Below are positions 41,027 to 50,119 of a stretch of DNA of 64,000 nucleotides, in pieces. This stretch comes from Bacillota bacterium (lineage in GTDB: Bacteria > Bacillota > DTU030 > DUMP01). The notes under the pieces are model-generated. The model had not been told where the DNA came from and did no database searches. It saw only the letters and a program-made list of their open reading frames with translations. The DNA lies in the NCBI GenBank assembly GCA_012839445.1, contig DUNI01000171.1:3800-67799 (forward strand). Direction: 5' to 3'. Made by a program: the position numbers and the translations under genes. How positions within the stretch are numbered: position 1 is the stretch's first letter; each line of letters begins with the position of its first letter.

Positions 41027-42120
41027 GTTTCTTCATGCACCTCCACCTCATCTACCATAGCCTGGGAGTCTGCTTGTTCATCTCCCTTTTCCAACTCGAC
41101 AGCACTTTTGATGTCGATTTTCCAGCCCGTTAACTTGGCTGCCAAACGGGCATTTTGTCCTTCCTTACCAATGGCTAAGGATAGCTGGTTGTCCGGTACC
41201 ATAACACGTGCTATTCTCTCGTCCTCATTCAAGTCAACATGAACTACTTTAGCCGGACTGAGACTGCTGGCGATAAACTCCTCGACAACACTGCTCCACT
41301 TAATAATATCGATTTTTTCGCCTCTAAGCTCGCTTACAACCGATTGCACTCTAAGTCCCCGCGGGCCTACACAAGCTCCAACTGGATCAACGTTAGGGTC
41401 TCGTGCCCAAACAGCCATTTTAGAACGTAAGCCGGCTTCACGGGCGATGGCTTTTATTTCTACCGTACCATCGTGAATTTCTGGGACTTCCAATTCAAAT
41501 AAGCGCTTCAGAAAGCCAGGATGTGTACGCGACAACATAATCTGCGGTCCTTTGGTTGTCCGGTTTACTTCAAGTACATATGCCTTGATTCTTTCACCTG
41601 CTCGGTAAACATCATTGGGCATCTGTTCGCCGGCGGCCAAAATAGCTTCTGCACGGCCAAGATCCACCAGAAAATTGCGCTGTTCTAATCGCTGTACCAG
41701 GCCGGTAACAATATCCCCTTCCCGGTCAGCAAATTCTTCAAAAATAATACCACGTTCAGCTTCTCGAATACGTTGTACTACCACTTGCTTAGCATTTTGA
41801 GCGGCAATACGTCCAAACTCTCGGGGAGTTACCTCAAATTCTATAATGTCTTCTATTTCATAACGTGGATCAAGCAACTTAGCTTCCTCTAGTGACACTT
41901 CAAGTCTTGAATCTTCCACCTTTTGGACCACTATTTTCCGGGCAAAAACCTTTACTTCTCCTGTCTCACGGCAAATTTCTACGCGCACGTTCTGAGCAGA
42001 AGAAAAGTTTTTCTTGTATGCTGATACCAGGGCTGCTTCCAAGGCATCCAACACAATTTCTTTACTTATGCCTCTTTCTTTTTCTAGTTCATTAAGAGCT
42101 CCGAGAAATTCGCGGTTCAC
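41023..42120 (-). CDS. nusA: transcription termination/antitermination factor NusA
   Basis: N-terminal domain, S1 and two KH domains ([22 protein letters not shown]). GTGA overlap with rimP. Confidence 0.96.
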   Translation of the reverse strand: MNREFLGALNELEKERGISKEIVLDALEAALVSAYKKNFSSAQNVRVEICRETGEVKVFARKIVVQKVEDSRLEVSLEEAKLLDPRYEIEDIIEFEVTPREFGRIAAQNAKQVVVQRIREAERGIIFEEFADREGDIVTGLVQRLEQRNFLVDLGRAEAILAAGEQMPNDVYRAGERIKAYVLEVNRTTKGPQIMLSRTHPGFLKRLFELEVPEIHDGTVEIKAIAREAGLRSKMAVWARDPNVDPVGACVGPRGLRVQSVVSELRGEKIDIIKWSSVVEEFIASSLSPAKVVHVDLNEDERIARVMVPDNQLSLAIGKEGQNARLAAKLTGWKIDIKSAVELEKGDEQADSQAMVDEVEVHEET

Positions 42121-42596
42121 TTTAGTCCCTCCCAGTTTACTTCAGGTACCAACCGTGCCCGGGAAATATTATTGCGGGGAATAGACATTATCTCATCTTT
42201 ACCCAGATCCAGTTGAACTTCGTCATCTATTAATCCAAGGAGGATTCCGGTTAAGCGTCGCTGGCCTTCAACAGGTGCAAAGGTATGTATCGTAACTTGT
42301 CGCCCTTGGAATCGCTCAAAATCAGTATCCCGCTTTAACGGGCGATCTAGTCCCGGCGAGGAAACCTCTAGATAGTACGATTGAGAAATAGGATCGTGAG
42401 CATCTAGTATTGTAGTTAGTTTATTGCTCAAGCGCTCGCAATCATCGATCCCGATTCCACCTGGTTTGTCAATAAACACCCGGAGGAAAAAACGATTACC
42501 TTCTTTAGTAAAGGTTACGTCCACTAGTTCCAGCCCTTCCTCTTGGGCCACCGGTTTTGCCAAGCGACTTACGGCTTCTGTTACTTTACTCACCAA
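42117..42596 (-). CDS. rimP: ribosome maturation factor RimP
   Basis: 159 aa with LRVFIDK.GGI..DDCE..S......LD...PI...Y.LEVSSPG.DRPL. Start is TTG 42596 or GTG 42593. Confidence 0.9.
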   Translation of the reverse strand: MVSKVTEAVSRLAKPVAQEEGLELVDVTFTKEGNRFFLRVFIDKPGGIGIDDCERLSNKLTTILDAHDPISQSYYLEVSSPGLDRPLKRDTDFERFQGRQVTIHTFAPVEGQRRLTGILLGLIDDEVQLDLGKDEIMSIPRNNISRARLVPEVNWEGLK

Positions 42597-42635
42597 TATT
42601 CCCCCTTTACTTGTTGTAATACAGTATTAACAGTA

Positions 42636-42659
42636 AAGAGTGGGCCAAAACCCACTCTT
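42636..42659 (-). promoter_or_regulatory. hairpin in the rimP-nusA leader (candidate weak, NusA-dependent terminator)
   Basis: 9 bp stem AAGAGTGGG/CCCACTCTT with loop TTTTGG, followed by an interrupted U tract TACTGTTAATACTG. Confidence 0.45.
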
Positions 42660-42714
42660 CCAACTGATACACTCCAATAACAGAGTGCCTGCTTCACCTG
42701 TAACATCCGTTTGT

Positions 42715-42743
42715 AGTATAACATGCTTTAGCTCCACTGGCAA
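42715..42743 (-). promoter_or_regulatory. sigma-A-type promoter of the rimP-nusA-infB operon
   Basis: TTGCCA, 17 nt spacer, TGtTATACT (extended -10). Confidence 0.65.
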
Positions 42744-42783
42744 GGCAAGCTAAAGGCTCGCAAATGTTGACTTTTGACGGTTT

Positions 42784-43419
42784 TTACGGGCTAAAAAGTT
42801 GCCAATATTGCTGTGGTACTTCACCTACAATTACTGTTTGAGCTAGTGGTACAGCGGTTTGAACCTGGGTGGTAGAACGCACCAGGGGGATTACAATTTG
42901 AACGTCGGCCTCGATTTCCAAGAAGAGTTGATGTAGTGTCTGGTTAATACCAGCCTCCTTAAAATCGCTGACGAGGCTGACATTTACCGTACCTAAAGGC
43001 ACCACTGACACTCTAATGCGTGGCCCCATATTAGCTAATAAAGCACTACCAAACACCTGCCCTAAAGGCAAAACTATACTTTGATCGTTAAGGGCTTCCA
43101 ACTGTTCCTGGATAAAGGCAGTGGTTTTAGATGCCAAGCGGGATATTTCAACCGTATTTGGCTGCATAAGTACTATTTTCCCGCGGGTATCTTTATGAAT
43201 AGCAATTAGATCCTGATACTTTACCGTCTCCACAATTTCTTGGTTAACGGCAGAATTTATGGCCTGAATTGCCAGGATCTTTGCTTTGGCTTCTGCCAGC
43301 GCTAACAGCGTTGGCTTAATGTTTCGTTCAATGATGAGAAAGCTACCAATGAAGAGAAGCGAACATACTAGAACCACAACAAACAGTGGTTCGTGGCTGT
43401 ACCGCCGGCCCCACCTCAT
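42784..43419 (-). CDS. yunB: sporulation protein YunB-like
   Basis: 211 aa with an N-terminal TM helix, then the A...A...AI..AV......Y.DLI..........P pattern of the YunB family (recognised by eye). Confidence 0.6.
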   Translation of the reverse strand: MRWGRRYSHEPLFVVVLVCSLLFIGSFLIIERNIKPTLLALAEAKAKILAIQAINSAVNQEIVETVKYQDLIAIHKDTRGKIVLMQPNTVEISRLASKTTAFIQEQLEALNDQSIVLPLGQVFGSALLANMGPRIRVSVVPLGTVNVSLVSDFKEAGINQTLHQLFLEIEADVQIVIPLVRSTTQVQTAVPLAQTVIVGEVPQQYWQLFSP

Positions 43420-43563
43420 GACCTCACCTCCCCCTTACAGTCTATGAGGGAGGGAACAAATAGTGTCATGGTGTTCTGTCTGTAAGGATTTTATGCCTAT
43501 GTCGTGGTAGTTACTTGGCGATAATCGAGCCTAAAGTTATATCAAAGGGCGCGGCACTGGTTT

Positions 43564-44781
43564 TTAGGTTAAACGGGCAAACCTTCTCTTACCTACACGC
43601 ACTAACAATCCCTTCCGGGTTTTGATATGAGCTTCGGGATCTTGTTGTTTTTGGTTATCGATACTTACGGCTCCTTGCCTAATAAGACGCCGAGCTTCAC
43701 TGCTGGAGTTGCACAGTTTTAGACTGGTAAGCAGGCGAACAATCCAGATGCTACCATTTTCATCCAGAAGCTCGTTCGGTAGAGAAAACTCAGGCACATC
43801 GTCAGGGATATCACCCTGTTGAAACACCGTCTTAAAAGCTTCTTCGGCCTCCTTAGCTGCTACCGAGCCATGGTACAAGGTGACAATTTCCCGAGCCAAC
43901 CTCATTTTAGCATTACGGGGATGAATAGAGCCGTCTTTAAGACCTGATTCAATGCCCCTAATTTCAGACATGGGTATATCAGTTACTAGTTCGTAGTACT
44001 TGAGCATAATTTCATCGGGAATAGCCATTGTCTTGCCGTACATTTCCGCTGGAGCTTCATCGATTCCAATATAGTTGCCCAGGCTTTTGCTCATTTTTTG
44101 GTTCCCGTCTATTCCTTCTAAGATTGGTAGCGTGAGGCAAATCTGAGGCTCTTGTCCAAAGTCACGTTGCAATTGCCTGCCCATGAGAAGATTAAACTTC
44201 TGATCGGTTCCTCCAAGTTCCACATCTGCCTTGAGAGCTACTGAGTCATAACCCTGCATTAGCGGATATAAGAATTCATGAAGTCCTATAGGACGATTTT
44301 CTGAGAACCGGGTAGCAAAATCATCTCGCTCTAGAATTCTAGCTACAGTTGTCTTGGCAGCTAATTGCACTACCTCGGTAAAAGTGAGTGCACCTAACCA
44401 ACGGCTATTGTATTCTACGATCGTTTTTTCGGGATCGAGTATCTTAAATACTTGATCGGTATAAGTCTTTGCGTTGATTGCCATCTCTTCTTCGGTAAGT
44501 TGTTTTCTGGTTTCTGAGCGCCCACTAGGATCACCGATTCTACCGGTAAAATCACCGATTAGAAATACAATTTCGTGACCTATCTCTTGTAGTTGGCGTA
44601 GTTTGCGCAAAGGAACTGTATGGCCTAGGTGGATTTCAGGAGCAGAAGGGTCTACACCGAGTTTGATGCGCAGGGGGCGTTTTTCTTGATTTGCTTTCTG
44701 TATCTTCTTACGCAGTTCTTCCGGTGAAATAATCTCAGCCGTCCCCCGCATAAAAACTTCCATTTGTTCGTCCAACGTCAT
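43564..44781 (-). CDS. tyrS: tyrosine-tRNA ligase
   Basis: HIGH-type motif (HLGH), KMSKS and a C-terminal S4 domain. ATG 44781 preferred (AAAGGAGA), because the track extension runs into the T-box terminator. Confidence 0.95.
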   Translation of the reverse strand: MTLDEQMEVFMRGTAEIISPEELRKKIQKANQEKRPLRIKLGVDPSAPEIHLGHTVPLRKLRQLQEIGHEIVFLIGDFTGRIGDPSGRSETRKQLTEEEMAINAKTYTDQVFKILDPEKTIVEYNSRWLGALTFTEVVQLAAKTTVARILERDDFATRFSENRPIGLHEFLYPLMQGYDSVALKADVELGGTDQKFNLLMGRQLQRDFGQEPQICLTLPILEGIDGNQKMSKSLGNYIGIDEAPAEMYGKTMAIPDEIMLKYYELVTDIPMSEIRGIESGLKDGSIHPRNAKMRLAREIVTLYHGSVAAKEAEEAFKTVFQQGDIPDDVPEFSLPNELLDENGSIWIVRLLTSLKLCNSSSEARRLIRQGAVSIDNQKQQDPEAHIKTRKGLLVRVGKRRFARLT

Positions 44782-45061
44782 AGCATGATCTCCTTTCCAT
44801 ATAATTAAAATGATAAGCAAAGAGAGTCTTCTCGTCCTAGGACGAGAAGACTCTCTTCACGCGGTACCACCCTTATTGCTGCTAATAGCAGCCACTCTAA
44901 ATTCCCAATAACGGTGGATACCGGCACAGCCTACTTGTTTAGTTCAGCCTGCAGTTCTGAGGTGTAATTTTACAACCCGGTATGATCGGCTTGCACCTAC
45001 CGCCGACTCTCTGTGCAGTAACCAGGAAGTTACTTATCCTCATCTTCACCTTTTTGCTATT
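44782..45061 (-). promoter_or_regulatory. T-box leader (Tyr) of tyrS
   Basis: Minus-strand T-box core AAGGGTGGTACCGCG (44860-44872). 17 bp terminator stem at 44821-44856, then TTTGCTT. GAUGA K-turn, AGAGA and GGUGCAA Stem I motifs. Candidate specifier UAC at 44966-44964 followed by A. Confidence 0.9.
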
Positions 45062-45067
45062 ATCCGC

Positions 45068-45096
45068 ATTATAGCACGCTTAACCTGACTTGGCAA
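45068..45096 (-). promoter_or_regulatory. sigma-A-type promoter of tyrS
   Basis: TTGCCA, 17 nt spacer, TGcTATAAT (extended -10). Confidence 0.75.
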
Positions 45097-45227
45097 CAGA
45101 CTACAGTCACTTGGCTTACAAGGGTTTGCCCGGTACGGTTGGCAGGATATTGGCACGGGGTGTCGAACAATATAAGGCAACAATGCTATAACATATTATA
45201 TAGTCGGCAACTTAAGGAGGAACACTC

Positions 45228-47666
45228 ATGGCAAAGAGAGCTCGGGGAAGGTTAAAAATTCCCTTTTTCTTATTTGCTGTTATTATGATGCTCCTAGCAG
45301 GGGCGTTGGCAGCGTTTCTGGTTGGGTGTGTGCGTACGATGCCACGGTTTGATCCAAGCATATTAGAGGAAACGAATGCCACATCTACTGTGTATGATGC
45401 TAAAGGAGAAATATTTACTCGACTTCATGGGGTTGAGAATCGTTTGCCGGTTGATCTGAACAAAATCCCAACTGAATTGAAACAGGCTTTTATTGCAACA
45501 GAAGACATTCGTTTTTACCGGCATTTTGGGATTGATCCCAAAGCTATAGCTCGTGCTGCCTGGCGTATAGTATCAGGTCAATCCTTTGAAGGTGGGAGCA
45601 CGATTACACAGCAATTGGTTAAGAACGCATTTCTCACCCAGGAGCAAACGCTAAAGCGCAAGGTTCAAGAGGCCATATTGGCTATACAAGTAGAACGGCG
45701 CTTTACTAAAGACCAAATCTTGGAGATGTACTTTAACGAAATCTACTTTAACCATGGAGCGTATGGTGTTCAGGCTGCCAGCCGCACTTATTTTGGAAAA
45801 GATGTTATTGAATTGAATCTAGCCGAATCAGCATTTTTGGCTGGTATAACCAAAAATCCGTCTCGGTACTCTCCATTTGATGCCTTCGAAAACGCTAAAG
45901 CCAGACAAGAGATAGTTCTGGACAACATGGTACGCGTTGGGTATATAACGGAAGAGGAAGCTGTTGCAGCCAAGAACTGCCCTATAGAAATTAAGTCAGC
46001 TCAAGGAGGCACAAAGCGGCCGGCCCCATATTTTATTGATTATGTTATCAGTACCTTAGTAGACGAACTTGCTTCCATATATGGTTCCGAAAAAGGTGTC
46101 TACGATGCTATTTATCGTGGTGGGCTACAGATATATACCACTTTAGATCCGACTATGCAACAAGCGGCAGAAAAGACTCTGCTAGAGAATTTGCCGGCAG
46201 GGGAAAAAGACAAGAATGGAATCACCCAACCACAAGGTGCTTTGGTAGCCCTGGATCCAGCCACCGGTGAAGTCAGGGCCCTAGTTGGTGGACGGGATTG
46301 GGGTGAGACAAAGTTTAACCGGGCAGTACAAGCTTTGCGTCAACCAGGTTCCGCCTTCAAGCCGTTTGTGTACGCTACAGCTTTAGCACAAGGTTGGTCG
46401 CCTGGCTCTGTTCTTGATGATGCTCCTACCGTTTATAACGGGAAGGAGTGGCCTAATAATTATAACCATGTATTCCGTGGACTAACCACCCTTCGGGTTG
46501 GGCTCGAGGGTTCCATCAATGTTATGGCTGTTAAGCTAATGGAACAAGTAGGCCCCGACAATGTGATTGCTCTTACAGAAAAAATGGGGGTTTCTACGTT
46601 AGTCAAGTCCGGTGCCTATAATGACCGACAGCTAGCTTTGGCTTTAGGAGGAATGACTGATGGCGTGTCCCCACTGGAGATGGCAGCAAGCTATGGAGTG
46701 CTTGCCAATGGGGGTTCTCGTATTAAGCCGTCTCCGGTAACTTTGGTAAAGGATAATGAAGGCAATGTTATTTGGGAGCGCGAGGTTATTCGTGAGACGG
46801 TGCTTTCTCCACAGGTAAGCTATGTGTTAACTGACATGTTACGTGGAGTGATCACACGGGGAACCGGTAGTTCGGCAGCTATAGTTGGTCGGCCTGCTGC
46901 CGGTAAGACTGGGACCACCACTGGTAACAATGACGTATGGTTTGTTGGGTATACTCCTGATTTGGCTACCGCTGTATGGATTGGCTCAGACGCCAAAGAG
47001 GAAGGCTCGCGTACTTATCTTAGCCGCCATAATATCGGCAGTGGCTTTCCGGCTCGAATCTGGGGACGCTTTATGCAATTAGCCTTAGCTAACACTCCTG
47101 TGAGTAATTTCACTCAACCAGGTGGCCTGGTAAAGGTAACAGTTTGTAATAAATCCGGCCACCTACCAGGTAATATTTGTCCTCAAGAGAACCTAGTCAC
47201 TGATTATTTTATCCAAGGAACAGAACCTAAGACCACATGTGATGTTCATGTTACGGCCACTATTTGTTCTGAAACAGGTGAATTAGCTACTGAGTATTGC
47301 CCGGATCCAGTAACTAAAGTGTTTATTCAAAGAAAAGAGCCCTATGCTATTCGTGCTGATGGTAGAAAGCCGTCAGATGCTGTTAACGAGGTGCCTGTTG
47401 AGACTTGTGAAGAACATGCTACCCCGCCGGTGGCATCAATAGAAATGTATGTTTGTCCAGATAGTCAGGCTTTGGCTACACAATATTGTCCTGAAGCAGA
47501 GCTAAAACTATTTGTACCTGGTACTGAACCGAAGGAGATTTGCAATGTGCATGGACCGAACTCTGGTTATCCTATCGAACCAGGCCAACCGGGTAACGGC
47601 GAAAATAACTACGAATGGCCTAATAGTAACGATGATACCAATGGTCCCACCAACAATAAGGATTGA
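45228..47666 (+). CDS. class A penicillin-binding protein (glycosyltransferase plus transpeptidase, PBP1A-like) with a Cys-rich C-terminal repeat region
   Basis: GT51 motifs (EDIRFY.H.G.D, GGSTITQQ), transpeptidase SAFKP, SIN and KTGTT. The only plus-strand gene. AAGGAGG precedes the ATG. Confidence 0.93.
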   Translation: MAKRARGRLKIPFFLFAVIMMLLAGALAAFLVGCVRTMPRFDPSILEETNATSTVYDAKGEIFTRLHGVENRLPVDLNKIPTELKQAFIATEDIRFYRHFGIDPKAIARAAWRIVSGQSFEGGSTITQQLVKNAFLTQEQTLKRKVQEAILAIQVERRFTKDQILEMYFNEIYFNHGAYGVQAASRTYFGKDVIELNLAESAFLAGITKNPSRYSPFDAFENAKARQEIVLDNMVRVGYITEEEAVAAKNCPIEIKSAQGGTKRPAPYFIDYVISTLVDELASIYGSEKGVYDAIYRGGLQIYTTLDPTMQQAAEKTLLENLPAGEKDKNGITQPQGALVALDPATGEVRALVGGRDWGETKFNRAVQALRQPGSAFKPFVYATALAQGWSPGSVLDDAPTVYNGKEWPNNYNHVFRGLTTLRVGLEGSINVMAVKLMEQVGPDNVIALTEKMGVSTLVKSGAYNDRQLALALGGMTDGVSPLEMAASYGVLANGGSRIKPSPVTLVKDNEGNVIWEREVIRETVLSPQVSYVLTDMLRGVITRGTGSSAAIVGRPAAGKTGTTTGNNDVWFVGYTPDLATAVWIGSDAKEEGSRTYLSRHNIGSGFPARIWGRFMQLALANTPVSNFTQPGGLVKVTVCNKSGHLPGNICPQENLVTDYFIQGTEPKTTCDVHVTATICSETGELATEYCPDPVTKVFIQRKEPYAIRADGRKPSDAVNEVPVETCEEHATPPVASIEMYVCPDSQALATQYCPEAELKLFVPGTEPKEICNVHGPNSGYPIEPGQPGNGENNYEWPNSNDDTNGPTNNKD

Positions 47667-47710
47667 GGGCATCGTATTAACAAATACTTCCTAATAAGAT
47701 TAGTGACTTT

Positions 47711-47740
47711 TTGGAGCCTGTATGGGCTCCTTATTTTTTT
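47711..47740. terminator. bidirectional terminator between convergent PBP1A and mutS2
   Basis: GGAGCC-TGTATG-GGCTCC flanked by CTTTTT on one side and TTATTTTTTT on the other. Confidence 0.75.
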
Positions 47741-50118
47741 AAGAATGCTATGGTGACACCGGTACCCCCTTCGCGATAACCGGCTAATGAGAATGACTTA
47801 ATTTGCGGATGATTTCTAAGGTAATCATGTACAGCTTGCCGAAGAGCACCTGTACCTTTGCCATGAATAAGCCGAACCCGTTCTAAACCTGCCAAGCGGG
47901 CATCGTCTAAGTATTTCCCCAGCGAGTATTCAGCGTCCCCAACTGTAAGTCCACGTAAGTCCAGTTCCTGCGATATTGTCTGGGCTTTGCTACTGGCAAG
48001 TACACCCATAGAAGATTTTCGCTCGCGACTCTCAGAATTGGAGACGACTTGAAGTTCTTTGGTTTGGAGGGTCATTTTTAGGATCCCCACTTGCACCCTT
48101 ACATTTCCTTCGGAATCAGGGTGATCTATTATTGTCCCTTTCACCTTAAGGTGAGGAATAAACACGGTCTGTCCTAATTTTAACGGTTTGCCCGCAACTA
48201 CTTCTTCGTGCACAAGCGAGGTATCTTCGTGTTCCTGTAATGTTTCATCTACCAACTCGTTTACTTTAGCCAGATCAGATCGTGTAGTTTCGGCCAAGAG
48301 GGTACGGTCTTTTTCCAGGAGTCTGGAAGTTTGGTTCCGGAGCTCTTTAATGATCCTCTCGGTTTCTCGACGGGCGTAATTTAGCGTTCTGGTAGCATCT
48401 TCTTTTGCTCGCAGTACCATATCTACTTCCTTGGAAATCAGTGCTTCTTTTCGCTTTTTCCATTCGTGGCGGAATTTATCTGCTTCTCTTTTTGCCGCTT
48501 CAGCTTCTTTAGTAAGTTGCTCTAATCGTTGACGTTTTTCCTCCAGAGAACGAACAAGGTCATCTGTTCGTACATCAGTATGGGACAAGAATGACCGGGC
48601 TTTTTCAACTATTTCTTCCGGCAGCCCTAAACGAGCAGCAATTTCAAAGGCATTACTGCGTCCAGGAAGGCCGATGATAAGACGGTAGGTAGGCTGTAGA
48701 GTAACAGGGTTGAAGTCCACCGATGCATTTTCTACACCTGGTTGGCTATAAGCAAAAACTTTTAGCTCACTGTAATGGGTGGTAGCAATGGTAGCTGCGC
48801 CAATCTGCCCTAAGTACTGAAGAACAGCCATGCCAAGTGCTGCTCCTTCGCTGGGATCGGTGCCGGCGCCAAGTTCATCAAGTAGTACAAGGCTGTGCGG
48901 GGTACATTCTTGCAAAATCGCCACTATGTTTGTCATATGAGCGGAAAACGTGCTAAGATTTTGCTCTATGCTTTGCTCATCACCGATATCGCAAAACACT
49001 TGTTGGTAAACAGGTAACTCGCTATCTTCTTGTGCCGGGATGTGTAAACCGGCCTGATGCATTAATACTAATAAACCAACGGTTTTTAGCAGTACAGTCT
49101 TCCCGCCTGTATTAGGGCCTGTTACTACTAATGTTTTAAAGCTACGGCCCAGCCAGACAGTTACCGGAACCACCCCTTTACCTAAAAGCGGATGTCTGGC
49201 TTGGTACAATTTGAGGTGGCCATTTTCATTAAGTCTAGGTGCAGATGCTTTCAAATCCAAAGCAAATTTTCCTTTGGCCAAGATAAAATCCAGATGGGCT
49301 AACTGGTTTAACAGATTTTCAATTCCGTCTGCATTATTGGCAACCTGGCTGGAAAGATTGGTTAAAATTCGCTCTACTTCTTTTTCTTCTTGAGATTGAG
49401 TTTCTCGTAACCGATTTCCCAATTCAAACGTAGTTAAGGGCTCAATGAATACAGTGGCACCGCTTGAAGATTGGTCGTGAACAACACCGGGAACGTGTTG
49501 ACGAAATTCCTGTTTGACAGGTAAAACATAGCGATCACCGCGCATGGTAATCAGTGGTTCCTGTAAATATTTTTGTACTGTGGATGAACGAATCATGGCA
49601 TCCATATGTTCACGTATTTTGTTTTCTAGGCTCATAATTTCACGCCTTAAGCGCAATAAATCCGGGCTTGCTTTGTCAGATAATTCTTCAGGGCCAAGGA
49701 CGCATCGCTGAAGTTCTGACAGTAATGCCGGAAACAGCGTCATGTCAGCCCCCATTTCCAGGAAAAACGAAGTCGTTCCCTCGGTGAGTAAAAATGTTCT
49801 AACTCTTCTACCGCCTTCCAGGCAAAGTCGGATACGATAGAAGGCATCAATGCTAAGCATACCTCCGCGCTTACAATGGCTAATAAAATGTCGAATATCG
49901 CTGATACCACTTAAAGGAACATTAGCTCCACGGCATAAGAGCCCAACTGCTTCGCTAGTCTCGGCTTGGCTGCTTTTAATAAAATCGGCATCGTTTGATG
50001 GTAGCAATTCTTGGCAGAGCCCTTTCCCTAATGAAGTGCTGGCATGAGAGCTTAGTTTTTTGATAATTTTATCCCATTCGAGCTTATCCCTTGTTTTGAT
50101 GGTTGTAAGCATATTCAA
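47731..50118 (-). CDS. mutS2: endonuclease MutS2 (MutS ATPase plus C-terminal Smr domain)
   Basis: Walker A GPNTGGKT, DELGAGTDP and C-terminal Smr (LDLRG......IHGKGTGALR). Confidence 0.93.
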   Translation of the reverse strand: MNMLTTIKTRDKLEWDKIIKKLSSHASTSLGKGLCQELLPSNDADFIKSSQAETSEAVGLLCRGANVPLSGISDIRHFISHCKRGGMLSIDAFYRIRLCLEGGRRVRTFLLTEGTTSFFLEMGADMTLFPALLSELQRCVLGPEELSDKASPDLLRLRREIMSLENKIREHMDAMIRSSTVQKYLQEPLITMRGDRYVLPVKQEFRQHVPGVVHDQSSSGATVFIEPLTTFELGNRLRETQSQEEKEVERILTNLSSQVANNADGIENLLNQLAHLDFILAKGKFALDLKASAPRLNENGHLKLYQARHPLLGKGVVPVTVWLGRSFKTLVVTGPNTGGKTVLLKTVGLLVLMHQAGLHIPAQEDSELPVYQQVFCDIGDEQSIEQNLSTFSAHMTNIVAILQECTPHSLVLLDELGAGTDPSEGAALGMAVLQYLGQIGAATIATTHYSELKVFAYSQPGVENASVDFNPVTLQPTYRLIIGLPGRSNAFEIAARLGLPEEIVEKARSFLSHTDVRTDDLVRSLEEKRQRLEQLTKEAEAAKREADKFRHEWKKRKEALISKEVDMVLRAKEDATRTLNYARRETERIIKELRNQTSRLLEKDRTLLAETTRSDLAKVNELVDETLQEHEDTSLVHEEVVAGKPLKLGQTVFIPHLKVKGTIIDHPDSEGNVRVQVGILKMTLQTKELQVVSNSESRERKSSMGVLASSKAQTISQELDLRGLTVGDAEYSLGKYLDDARLAGLERVRLIHGKGTGALRQAVHDYLRNHPQIKSFSLAGYREGGTGVTIAFLKK

Positions 50119-50119
50119 A

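Noticed and set aside
40881-41051. N-terminal part of the 198 aa ORF ([14 protein letters not shown]...), considered as a real extension of YlxQ.
   Set aside because: It is a low-complexity Ser/Gly/Arg translation lying out of frame over nusA and ylxR. I kept it only as one formal possibility in the ylxQ start finding.
42726-42756. 8 bp inverted repeat CTTTAGCT/AGCTAAAG downstream of yunB, considered as the yunB terminator.
   Set aside because: It has a 15 nt loop and no U tract, and it spans the -35 element of the rimP promoter. The call is too weak.
43420-43563. Sigma-E-type sporulation promoter upstream of yunB (CATAGACT as the -10).
   Set aside because: The spacing to the only ATATT-like -35 candidate is about 12 nt rather than about 14, so it is not supportable by eye.
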